From the NCBI GenBank assembly GCA_021414205.1, contig JAIOOW010000003.1:128048-192047 (forward strand): DNA of 64,000 nt. The letters run 5' to 3'. Origin of the DNA: Candidatus Anderseniibacteriota bacterium (GTDB lineage Bacteria; Patescibacteriota; Andersenbacteria; UBA10190). The notes beneath the pieces were generated by a model. That model worked only from the letters and a program-made list of their open reading frames with translations, was not told the DNA's origin and made no database searches. Of this stretch, positions 55,826 to 64,000 are shown one piece after another; the first letter of the stretch is position 1; every line of letters begins with the position of its first letter. The translations under genes and the position numbers were made by a program.

Positions 55826-57565
55826 ATGGCAGATATGGATCCATTACTCGGACTATTACAGGGTCGCGAGTTGCTCGATGCGAAAAAGCTATTGTATATA
55901 CAGGATCGAATGGCGAAAGACGGCATGAGCAGTGCTGAAATAATTCGAGCAGAAAAATTTATACCCTCAGAAGATTTGGCGAAAATTCAGGCGGAGCTGG
56001 AAGGATTCTCATATATCGATCTTTCGAGCGTGGCGTTGAATAAAGAAGCGATGAAAGATATTTCAGCAAAGGCAGCTTCTACGTATCGGTTTATTGCATT
56101 TGATGTGAAGGATAATAACCTATTGGTTGCAATGGAGACCCCGCAAGATTTCCAGGCTATGGAAGCAGTGAAGTTCGTCTCAAAAAGAAAGGGGCTTGTG
56201 CCTCAGATATATTTTGCATCTCCGGAATCTATTGATATCGGACTAAAGGGTGCAGGGGCTGTTGAGGCTGAGATCGGAGGAGCGTTGAAAGATTTTTCCC
56301 ACGAATTATCTGATGCCAAAGAGGACGGCAAGCGCCCGACAAAAGATATTGAGCAGATAGTAGAAGAGGCTCCGGTTACAAAAGTAGTGGCAGTTATGAT
56401 TCGTCATGCTATTGAGGGTCATTCTTCCGATATCCATGTGGAGCCGACTGAAAAAGATGTTCGGGTGCGGTTTCGCATTGATGGCAAACTGCACGCCACT
56501 CTTGTGTTGCCGTTAAAAGTGCATTCGGCAATTGTTTCTCGCATTAAAATTTTGAGTAATTTAAAAATTGATGAATCACGATTGCCGCAAGATGGTCGAT
56601 TTTCTGCAACGGTAGATACCAGGGCCTATGATTTTCGCGTAGCTACGATGCCCACAACATTTGGAGAAAAGGTTGTGATGCGTATTTTAGATAAATCCAG
56701 CGGAGCGCCATCCTTTGAAACGCTTGGTCTTCACGGCGAGTCGCAAAAAGTATTTGAGCAATACTTACATTCTCCATTCGGCATTGTTCTTATATCGGGG
56801 CCGACTGGATCTGGAAAATCTACTACATTATTTACATCGCTTTCCGGGCTCAATAATCCGGAGTCAAATATTGTAACGCTTGAAGACCCTGTGGAGTATG
56901 AAATTCCTGGAGTGAATCAAACGCAAGTAAAGCCAGAAATCGGGCTCACATTTGCTTCTGGATTGCGCAGTATCCTGCGACAAGATCCAGACATTATCAT
57001 GGTCGGTGAAATTCGAGATCGCGATACTGCCGAGCTTTCTGTACAAGCTGCGCTTACCGGACATTTGGTATTGTCTACTATCCATACAAACGGCGCAGTG
57101 GGAGCAATTCCTAGATTAATCGATATGGGAATTGATGGATTCCTCCTGTCTGCTTCTATTCGCCTATTGGCAGCGCAGAGGCTCGTAGTTCGACTGTGCC
57201 AGAAGTGCAAACAGCAAACTCCTTTGAGTGATCAGGATAAAGCCGCGATTATACAGGAGCTTGAACATGTGCCGGACATATATAAAACAGATGAAAATCA
57301 TAAAAACCCTCAATACTTATTTACTAGCCCGGGGTGTCCCGAATGCAAAGAGATGGGCGTAGATGGCCGTATCGGTATTTTTGAGGTAGTGCCGATTACG
57401 CATGAGCTTCGCGAGGCAATGACGAATTTTAAAGGATTCGATCAGCTGCTTGAAATTGCATCTCGCGAAGGTATGGTGACAATGCGACAAGATGGAATTT
57501 TGAAAGCATTGATCGGAGAAGTTCGATATGAAGACGTGATGCGCGTTACTTCTGAAAACGAATAA
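55826..57565 (+). CDS. pilB: Type IV pilus assembly ATPase PilB (GspE family)
   Basis: Walker A GPTGSGKSTT, Asp/His boxes, tetracysteine motif CQKC...CPEC, N-terminal GSPII domain. Confidence 0.9.
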   Translation: MADMDPLLGLLQGRELLDAKKLLYIQDRMAKDGMSSAEIIRAEKFIPSEDLAKIQAELEGFSYIDLSSVALNKEAMKDISAKAASTYRFIAFDVKDNNLLVAMETPQDFQAMEAVKFVSKRKGLVPQIYFASPESIDIGLKGAGAVEAEIGGALKDFSHELSDAKEDGKRPTKDIEQIVEEAPVTKVVAVMIRHAIEGHSSDIHVEPTEKDVRVRFRIDGKLHATLVLPLKVHSAIVSRIKILSNLKIDESRLPQDGRFSATVDTRAYDFRVATMPTTFGEKVVMRILDKSSGAPSFETLGLHGESQKVFEQYLHSPFGIVLISGPTGSGKSTTLFTSLSGLNNPESNIVTLEDPVEYEIPGVNQTQVKPEIGLTFASGLRSILRQDPDIIMVGEIRDRDTAELSVQAALTGHLVLSTIHTNGAVGAIPRLIDMGIDGFLLSASIRLLAAQRLVVRLCQKCKQQTPLSDQDKAAIIQELEHVPDIYKTDENHKNPQYLFTSPGCPECKEMGVDGRIGIFEVVPITHELREAMTNFKGFDQLLEIASREGMVTMRQDGILKALIGEVRYEDVMRVTSENE

Positions 57566-57584
57566 TTTGGTATATACTAACCGT

Positions 57585-57971
57585 ATGGAAAACACACCCT
57601 TCATATTACTCGTAGAAGATGATTCGTTTATTTCTGGTATGTATCAGACAAAACTGAAGAATGCCGGATATCAAGTGGAAGTTGTAGCGGATGGAGAGTT
57701 GGCGTGGGAGCGTATTCAAAAAGATCCGATTCCGGATATTCTTTTACTGGATGTCATTCTGCCGAAAAAAGATGGATTTGAAATTTTGGAAGATTTAAGA
57801 AAAGAAGATCGTACGAAAAATCTTCCCGTGATTTTGCTTACCAATTTAGGTCAAAAACCCGACGTAGAGCGAGGGGTAAAGCTAGGCGCTGATGATTATA
57901 TTATCAAGGCTCACTTTACACCGTCTGAAGTAATGGAGCGCGTCGAAAAAGTTCTCCATGCGCGTCATTGA
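57585..57971 (+). CDS. Single-domain response regulator (CheY-like receiver) embedded in the pil operon
   Basis: LLVEDD, phospho-acceptor LLLDVILPKKDG, and ...DDYIIKA. Receiver domain only. Confidence 0.8.
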   Translation: MENTPFILLVEDDSFISGMYQTKLKNAGYQVEVVADGELAWERIQKDPIPDILLLDVILPKKDGFEILEDLRKEDRTKNLPVILLTNLGQKPDVERGVKLGADDYIIKAHFTPSEVMERVEKVLHARH

Positions 57972-59007
57972 CGATCTTCTCCGAGAGGCGCAGGAATATG
58001 GCGCTTCGGATGTGCATATTAGTGTGGGGCGTCCGCCATTTTTTCGCATAGACGGAAAATTATCTCCTGTTGGAGAAAAGCCTATTGATCCAGAAGAGGG
58101 GAAGTCGATGATGGATCACCTTATGAGTTCGAATCCGGATTTTCCAGCCCAGCTTACAAAGAATCGACAAGTTGATTTTTCATACGCGCTGCCAGACGGC
58201 GTGCGATTTCGAGTAAACATATTTTATCATGTCGATCAATTGGCTGCCGCGCTTCGTTTAATTCCGTCGCGTATTCAAACCGTAGAGGAGTTGCATTTGC
58301 CAGGGCAGATACTGCAATTTGCTCAGTTGAAGCAAGGCTTCGTATTAGTTGTAGGCCCTGCTGGACATGGTAAATCTACAACGCTTGCATCGATTATTGA
58401 TTATATTAATGAAAATAGGAGAGAGCACATTATCAGTATTGAAGATCCGATTGAATATTTATTTTCAGATAAGCAATCAATTATCGATCAACGAGAAGTG
58501 GGCGGAGATGCCACATCGTTCGAGGAAGCAATCCGCGTAACACTCAGGCAAGACCCCAACGTTATCTTGATCGGTGAAATTCGAGATCAGGAATCGATGC
58601 AAACAGCCCTTACGGTTGCGGAAACTGGGCACTTGGTATTTGCAACGCTGCACACGAATGATGCTGGGCAAACGGTAGAACGTATCATCGATTCATTTCC
58701 CCCTGATCAGCAAGCGCAGGTTCGAAGTCAGTTGGCGAATGCATTATCCGGTGTTATTTCGCAGCGTTTATTGCCATGGACCACAGGAGGGCGCATTCCA
58801 GCAGTTGAAATTATGATGGTTACCACCGCAATCCGTAACGTTATTAGAGAAGGGAATATTCATCAAATTCCCGGCATTATTCAAACGAGTTCCGATGTAG
58901 GGATGCAGACGCTTGATGCGAGCTTGCAAGGATTAGTGGATACGGGCGCAGTTCGCTTAGAAGACGCTCGCGCATACTTTTCGAATGCTAAACGAATGGC
59001 GCGGTAG
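57958..59007 (+). CDS. pilT: Twitching-motility retraction ATPase PilT
   Basis: GPAGHGKSTTLASIIDYIN and IISIEDPIEY. Confidence 0.9.
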   Translation: MRVIDDLLREAQEYGASDVHISVGRPPFFRIDGKLSPVGEKPIDPEEGKSMMDHLMSSNPDFPAQLTKNRQVDFSYALPDGVRFRVNIFYHVDQLAAALRLIPSRIQTVEELHLPGQILQFAQLKQGFVLVVGPAGHGKSTTLASIIDYINENRREHIISIEDPIEYLFSDKQSIIDQREVGGDATSFEEAIRVTLRQDPNVILIGEIRDQESMQTALTVAETGHLVFATLHTNDAGQTVERIIDSFPPDQQAQVRSQLANALSGVISQRLLPWTTGGRIPAVEIMMVTTAIRNVIREGNIHQIPGIIQTSSDVGMQTLDASLQGLVDTGAVRLEDARAYFSNAKRMAR

Positions 59008-59023
59008 GTGATATACTTTTTGT

Positions 59024-60232
59024 ATGGCAACGTTTTCATATAAAGCTCGACAAGCAAACGGAACACTGACGAAAGGAACGTTGCGTGCTGCCAACGAAGA
59101 GCGGGCGGGGAGTTTGCTACGGTCGCATGATTTAACCCCCGTATCTATCGAAGAAGTTAAAGAGGGGTCTGTATTAAATAAAACAATTGGCAATTTTGGC
59201 GTAAACATGCGCGACCTTATCATGTTTTTCCGAGAAGGTGCGTCGATGATTAATGCAGGTGTGCCTATTTTGGAAACATTGCAGGCGCTGCAAAAACAGG
59301 TTCGAAAACAATCGTTTGCATCTGTTATCCAGGAAATTATTTACGATATTGAAGCCGGAGAATCGCTATCCATCTCGATGAGCAAGCACCCTGCTGTATT
59401 TAATCAATTTGTCCTTGGTATTATTCGAACTGGTGAGGCAAGCGGAAAGCTCGGCTCTTCCCTTACGGCAATTGCAAATCAATTGGAAGAAGAATACGGA
59501 TTTCAGCGAAGCGTTCGTGCCGCATTGATATATCCGATATTCGTTCTCGTATTAGTTGTTATTTTGATTGTCGTTATGTTTACATTCGTGCTGCCGCAGC
59601 TGGTAACATTGTTTGACGATGCGCACGTGCAGTTGCCTTTGGTGACGCGTATGCTTATTGCGATCACTCATTTCCTCACCTCGTATTGGATAATCTTGCT
59701 TACGGTTGCAATAGCATTAGGATTCTTGCTTCGTTCTTGGCTCAGGACAACAGAGGGAAGGTATACATTTAGCACGTGGACGCTGCAGATCCCGGTATTA
59801 AAAGAGATTATTCAAAAAGTGTATTTGGCGCGCATGACTTCTATTCTTGCAACTTTGTTCGCAAGCGATGTTCCTATTATCGAAGCTCTTGGGCTTGCCC
59901 GCGAATCAATTGGGAATCGTGTATATCAGCGAATTTTGGACGATACGATTCAAGCAGTAAAAAGCGGGTCTGCTATTTCGTATGTATGGGAGCATGAACC
60001 GCATATTCCTGCCATGTTGACCACTATGGTTAACGTTGGAGAGAGAAGCGGGCGAGTTTCTGATGCATTCACGCAGGCGAATAAGTTTTTTGCGCGCGAC
60101 GTAGCAGAAGTATTGGAAAGCGTGACAATTTTACTTGAACCAATATTGATCGTCATACTCGGAATCGGTGTAGGAGTCGTGGTAGGGTCGGTGTTGTTGC
60201 CGATTTATAATCTCGTTCTCGTGATTTCATGA
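59024..60232 (+). CDS. pilC: Type IV pilus platform protein PilC (GspF family)
   Basis: Two GspF repeats, three TMs, 402 aa. Confidence 0.85.
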   Translation: MATFSYKARQANGTLTKGTLRAANEERAGSLLRSHDLTPVSIEEVKEGSVLNKTIGNFGVNMRDLIMFFREGASMINAGVPILETLQALQKQVRKQSFASVIQEIIYDIEAGESLSISMSKHPAVFNQFVLGIIRTGEASGKLGSSLTAIANQLEEEYGFQRSVRAALIYPIFVLVLVVILIVVMFTFVLPQLVTLFDDAHVQLPLVTRMLIAITHFLTSYWIILLTVAIALGFLLRSWLRTTEGRYTFSTWTLQIPVLKEIIQKVYLARMTSILATLFASDVPIIEALGLARESIGNRVYQRILDDTIQAVKSGSAISYVWEHEPHIPAMLTTMVNVGERSGRVSDAFTQANKFFARDVAEVLESVTILLEPILIVILGIGVGVVVGSVLLPIYNLVLVIS

Positions 60233-60279
60233 GAAATTCATGATACACTTTTCAGTATGCATAACTCGAAGGGAGGTGA

Positions 60280-60735
60280 GTGTATATGAATAAAACAAAT
60301 AAGAAAGGATTTACACTCATTGAATTATTGGTTGTTATTGCCATTATCGGTATCCTCGCTGCTCTCGTGTTAGTTGCATTAGGCAATGCTCGAGATAAAG
60401 CACAGGACGCTCGCATCAAATCGACGATCGGACAGCTCAGAACATTATCTGAGGTGTTATATGACAATAATTCTTCCTCGTATTCAACTGTTGGGACATG
60501 CTTTACATCTGGTACTGGTACCGGATGTTCCGGAACAGTTTTGACAAGCGTTAATTCGCTCAAGGCAGATTTAACTGCAGCCGGCGGAGTTCTGACTGCA
60601 AAAAGCAATGGTACGAACTATTGCATAGAGTCTAGTCTTAAGAGCAACTCAACGCAATTTTTCTGCGCGGATGGTGCTGGAAATGCGAAAGTGAATACTG
60701 CTGCTAAGTGCACCGCAGTAACGAGCACGTGTTAA
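60280..60735 (+). CDS. pilA: Type IV pilin (major pilin candidate 1)
   Basis: Prepilin leader plus KKGFTLIELLVVIAIIGILAALV. Four Cys in the C-terminal domain. Strong SD GGGAGGTGA. Confidence 0.85.
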   Translation: MYMNKTNKKGFTLIELLVVIAIIGILAALVLVALGNARDKAQDARIKSTIGQLRTLSEVLYDNNSSSYSTVGTCFTSGTGTGCSGTVLTSVNSLKADLTAAGGVLTAKSNGTNYCIESSLKSNSTQFFCADGAGNAKVNTAAKCTAVTSTC

Positions 60736-60759
60736 ATTAATTAACTCGAAGGGAGGTGA

Positions 60760-61227
60760 GTGTATATGAATAAAACAAATAAGAAAGGATTTACACTCAT
60801 TGAATTATTGGTTGTTATTGCCATTATCGGTATCCTCGCTGCTCTCGTGTTAGTTGCATTAGGCAATGCTCGAGATAAAGCGCAGGACGCTCGCATCAAA
60901 TCCGACATCGGTCAACTTCGAACGTTGGCAGAAGTCGTCTATGATAACAATGGTTCGAAATACACAACAGTGGGTGACTGTTTCAACTCAGATGCAGGTG
61001 CAATAGCAGCTAACTGCTTTGGATCGGAAACGAGCGTGTTGTCGCTTCGAGCCGATGCTGCAAGCGCTGGTGGAGCAGTAACGTCTGCTTCAAGCGATAC
61101 AGCATATTGCGTAGAGTCTGCGCTAAAGAGCAATGCTACAAGCTCATTCTGTTCTGATGGATCAGGGGTTGCGAAAGTAAATACAACAGTAGGTGTTTGC
61201 TCCAGTACAAATATTAGCTGTAATTAA
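60760..61227 (+). CDS. pilA: Type IV pilin (major pilin candidate 2, tandem paralogue)
   Basis: Same leader as pilin 1. The first about 170 nt including the SD are identical to pilin 1 except one base; the C-terminus diverges. Confidence 0.85.
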   Translation: MYMNKTNKKGFTLIELLVVIAIIGILAALVLVALGNARDKAQDARIKSDIGQLRTLAEVVYDNNGSKYTTVGDCFNSDAGAIAANCFGSETSVLSLRADAASAGGAVTSASSDTAYCVESALKSNATSSFCSDGSGVAKVNTTVGVCSSTNISCN

Positions 61228-61252
61228 GCATAGCTAATGTAAATTATGCATC

Positions 61253-61286
61253 TCGTCCCGTCCTCCAGCGGGGCGATTTGTTTTTT
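61253..61286 (+). terminator. Rho-independent terminator after the tandem pilin genes
   Basis: TCGTCCCG-tcctccag-CGGGGCGA stem-loop followed by TTTGTTTTTT. Confidence 0.75.
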
Positions 61287-61320
61287 GATAAACGAAATCG
61301 TTTGGCATACTGTTAATAGC

Positions 61321-62103
61321 ATGTTTACAGTACTTGCTGGGCTCGTAGGTTTTTTCTTGTTCTTGCTTGGTTCGTGTATTGGCAGTTTTTTATTGGTGAT
61401 AGCTGATCGATATATTTCACACGAGAATCCTTTTCTTGGCAGGTCGAAATGTGATTATTGCAACAAGCAATTAGTCTGGTATGAATTGATTCCTTATATT
61501 TCATTTCTCATTCAGCGCGGGCGATGCAGCTCATGCAAGAAGAAATTATCGGCGCACTATCCTTTGTATGAAGCGCTTTGTGGAGTGTTCGCGGTGGTAT
61601 TTCTGCAGCAGGCAGTTCTTTTGGGACAGGGAATATTTTTGGCATCAGCTATGTTTTTAGTTGCGTGCGTGTTGCTTATTTTGATTCGCATCGATTTATT
61701 GCTGATGCTGTTGCCTGACGGTTTTATATGGGTATTAATTGCTGTATCGTGCGGCATTGCCGGCATTGCTCACGCGCCTTTTAGTGACATTGCATTCGGC
61801 TTGCTTGCTGGTGTTGGGTTTTTGTATGTGTTATGGGCGGGTACCGGCGGGGCAGGAATCGGATTTGGTGATGTGAAATTAATGATACCGTTTGGGATTT
61901 TATTTGGATTCCGCGGAACGGTTACGTTGTTATTTTTAGCATTTTTTATTGGAGGTATCGTTGGAATACTCCTTTTGAGCACAAAGAAGGCTGGCGCAAA
62001 AACGGCAATTCCGTTTGGACCGTTTTTAGCCATTGCCGCGTTCGCCATCATGCTGATACCTGATCTTCCGCATCGTTTTTTCCAGCTGCTTGGAGTAGAA
62101 TAG
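61321..62103 (+). CDS. pilD: Prepilin peptidase PilD (A24 family)
   Basis: Cytoplasmic CxxC...CxxC zinc motif (CDYC...CSSC), catalytic GFGDVKLM. The track start at 61246 lies inside the terminator. Confidence 0.8.
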   Translation: MFTVLAGLVGFFLFLLGSCIGSFLLVIADRYISHENPFLGRSKCDYCNKQLVWYELIPYISFLIQRGRCSSCKKKLSAHYPLYEALCGVFAVVFLQQAVLLGQGIFLASAMFLVACVLLILIRIDLLLMLLPDGFIWVLIAVSCGIAGIAHAPFSDIAFGLLAGVGFLYVLWAGTGGAGIGFGDVKLMIPFGILFGFRGTVTLLFLAFFIGGIVGILLLSTKKAGAKTAIPFGPFLAIAAFAIMLIPDLPHRFFQLLGVE

Positions 62104-62107
62104 ATAC

Positions 62108-62650
62108 ATGGAACGCGCGCAAGAAAAAGGTTTTTCGCTCATAGAATCTCTTATTGTCGTATCTATTATTGCAATCATGTCTGCATTGTCCCTGCAGGCT
62201 TTGCCCGTTGCACGAAGCCATCAGCAATTAGTGGCGGATACGGAGCAAATTCGAGCACTGCTCCTTGATGCAAAAGAGCGCGCATTGAACCAGGTCAGGC
62301 CTGCTGATTGTTTGAAAAATCCGAGCGATCCGTCAGATGTTGGCCGCGCACCATGCTCCGATGTAGGGATTGCGTTTGTGGGAAATCAGGTGACTGAATT
62401 TGCGGATACAGTTTCAAATAATCAATACGATGCAACAGATTATAAAATCGCGACATTTGATTTAGTTTCTGCGCCGGGAACAGGTTCTGTTGCATCCCTT
62501 GTCTTTAAATCCGTCCCACCCTCTACGACACTCTATGCAAACGGGAGCGTCCTCGACCCATCCGCAACGGCGATGATTGTATTGAACGGCTACGGCTCTC
62601 TTTCTCGAACATTGCTCGTGCACTCCTATGGTACGATTGATGTGCAATGA
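62108..62650 (+). CDS. Minor pilin/pseudopilin (GspH/FimT-like)
   Basis: N-terminal KGFSLIESLIVVSIIAIM class III signal. Confidence 0.7.
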   Translation: MERAQEKGFSLIESLIVVSIIAIMSALSLQALPVARSHQQLVADTEQIRALLLDAKERALNQVRPADCLKNPSDPSDVGRAPCSDVGIAFVGNQVTEFADTVSNNQYDATDYKIATFDLVSAPGTGSVASLVFKSVPPSTTLYANGSVLDPSATAMIVLNGYGSLSRTLLVHSYGTIDVQ

Positions 62651-63186
62651 ATATGAATGCTAAAGGATTTACTCTCATAGAAGTATTAATAGGCTTGTTT
62701 ATTGCTGTTATTGCATCTATTTCTGTTGCCCAAGTGATTGCTGGCACGAACAAGGTGATAGATTCTGGGAGGAAAACATTTATCGCCACTAATTTGGCAC
62801 ACGAAGGATTAGAGCTTACTCGCGAGCTTCGTGATACGACCTGGTTTACCGATTCCGTACGATCGAACTGGGTGAGCAAGAGTGGACTATGCCCTGACGA
62901 TAAGGCGACCTATACCTATACGATTGACCCGAATAAGGCCATGGATAATGGCGTATATGCTGGAGACGCTAATAAGGAGTTGTATATTAATAGTTCAAAT
63001 GGATTATGGGCTCCGGATAAAGGATCCGGGCCAGATTCTGGATATGCTCGCGTGATGACAATCGATTGCACACAATCGAAAGCTGATCCCGCGTTTGTGA
63101 CCGTCACATCTACCGTGAACTGGAATGGTGCATATGGCCCAAAAAACGTTTCTCTTACAGAATTGCTGTATAATTGGTTGCCATAG
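62647..63186 (+). CDS. Minor pilin (PilV-like)
   Basis: KGFTLIEVLIGLFIAVIA leader. ATGA overlap. Confidence 0.7.
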   Translation: MNMNAKGFTLIEVLIGLFIAVIASISVAQVIAGTNKVIDSGRKTFIATNLAHEGLELTRELRDTTWFTDSVRSNWVSKSGLCPDDKATYTYTIDPNKAMDNGVYAGDANKELYINSSNGLWAPDKGSGPDSGYARVMTIDCTQSKADPAFVTVTSTVNWNGAYGPKNVSLTELLYNWLP

Positions 63187-63188
63187 AT

Positions 63189-63779
63189 ATGAAGACTGCG
63201 CAGAACAACAACATTACCGGATTTACGATGATTGAACTTCTTGTTGCAATCGGGATATTCGGTATTTTACTTATTATTGTTTCTGGAGTGTTTTCTCGGT
63301 TCATGTTAATTGAGCGGCATGGCATAGCTGAGGGGCAATTGATATCCGATCTGCGCTCGGCAATGGAATCCTTCACTAAAGAAGCGCGAACAGGATACGG
63401 ATCGACGTATAACGTATCGTCAGATGGAAAAGAAGTGGTATTTCGAAATCAGGATGGTGATTGCGTTGCATATCGGATTGCTACAACTGGAACATCGGGA
63501 GTGTTTCAGCGCGCGGATCTTGGGCCATCAATTTCTTCGTGCGATCCTGGGATATTTACTGGCAAAGATTCAAAGTTTTCTCCACTGACTGGGTCTTCTA
63601 CCGATATTAGCAGTATTCACTTTAATGCTGTGATTCCTCAAGTTGCAGGAGGTAGAATGAATCAGCAGGGAGTTGTAACTGTGAGTGTTACGGCAAGCTC
63701 CACTGTGAGCGACGTTCAACCTATACAATTTGAAAATTCTATTACATCTCGCCAAATGGCTCCGTATGTCCAAAACTAA
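63189..63779 (+). CDS. Minor pilin (PilW-like)
   Basis: TGFTMIELLVAIGIFGILLI leader. Confidence 0.65.
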   Translation: MKTAQNNNITGFTMIELLVAIGIFGILLIIVSGVFSRFMLIERHGIAEGQLISDLRSAMESFTKEARTGYGSTYNVSSDGKEVVFRNQDGDCVAYRIATTGTSGVFQRADLGPSISSCDPGIFTGKDSKFSPLTGSSTDISSIHFNAVIPQVAGGRMNQQGVVTVSVTASSTVSDVQPIQFENSITSRQMAPYVQN

Positions 63780-64000
63780 TACACAAAAAGGTTCTGTAGT
63801 TGTATACATCGTCTTGATGATGTTCTTAATGATGACGTCTGCTGCTGTTATTTTGTCTGGAGTTTTAAACAGGCATATTCGTTCTGCGCAGGATTATCTT
63901 TCATCAGAGCGAGCATTTGCTGCTGCAAATACTGGTATCGAACAAATGCTCTACAATGTTGCAAAATCCGGCGGCAGCGTCACGAGCGATGGAGCAATCG
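63766..64000 (+). CDS. PilX-like minor pilin, partial (runs off the window end)
   Basis: N-terminal hydrophobic VVVYIVLMMFLMMTSAAVILSGV without the Gly-Phe. Overlaps the previous gene. Confidence 0.5.
   Translation, partial: MSKTNTQKGSVVVYIVLMMFLMMTSAAVILSGVLNRHIRSAQDYLSSERAFAAANTGIEQMLYNVAKSGGSVTSDGAI

Noticed and set aside
1-64000. CRISPR arrays, reverse transcriptases (retron/DGR), toxin-antitoxin pairs or recognisable defence islands
   Set aside because: No short regularly spaced repeats, no RT or Cas motifs, and no classic TA gene pairs were seen in any frame.

Overview
This 64 kb window is a gene-dense, mostly housekeeping stretch of a small-genome bacterium, about 43-46% GC. Genes are tightly packed, often with 4-nt ATGA overlaps, and several tRNAs carry an encoded CCA; a streamlined (possibly CPR/Patescibacteria-like) lineage is only a guess. 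Gene content, in order: a tyrosine recombinase next to GC-rich cargo at the left edge; rpsO, a NYN-domain gene and pnp; two large unknown envelope proteins; a 640-bp non-coding island with a textbook sigma70 promoter (candidate stable RNA); a DksA-like gene, lspA and comM; tRNA-Arg(TCG), tRNA-His and tRNA-Arg(TCT) around a SpoU methylase; a cfa-like methyltransferase, recG, a 3-methyladenine glycosylase, a CarS(DUF46)-like membrane protein and a lysine-rich histone-like protein; a 3D-domain protein with VanW; a tandem zinc-ribbon mini-protein; purM and an M23 peptidase; tRNA-Glu and tsaD; a compact valS-hsp20-MTase-metG-rfbB-murI-Nudix operon; a DMT transporter and a PLP decarboxylase; a GAF histidine kinase with a second VanW and a Nudix gene; ddl; tRNA-Ser(GGA), tRNA-Arg(GCG), tRNA-Lys(CTT) and tRNA-Ser(GCT); a CPx P-type ATPase and a FAD oxidoreductase; comF and clpC/B; recX, htpX and lemA; and a complete type IV pilus locus (pilM/N/O, pilB, receiver, pilT, pilC, two tandem pilins with identical 5' ends, pilD, four minor pilins). 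No CRISPR, reverse transcriptase or known defence system was seen. The most unusual signals are the orphan consensus promoter driving an unassigned RNA, the NYN nuclease inserted between rpsO and pnp, the duplicated-5' tandem pilins, the CarS-like plus histone-like pair, the tandem zinc-ribbon protein, and a tRNA-Arg with a GCG anticodon.
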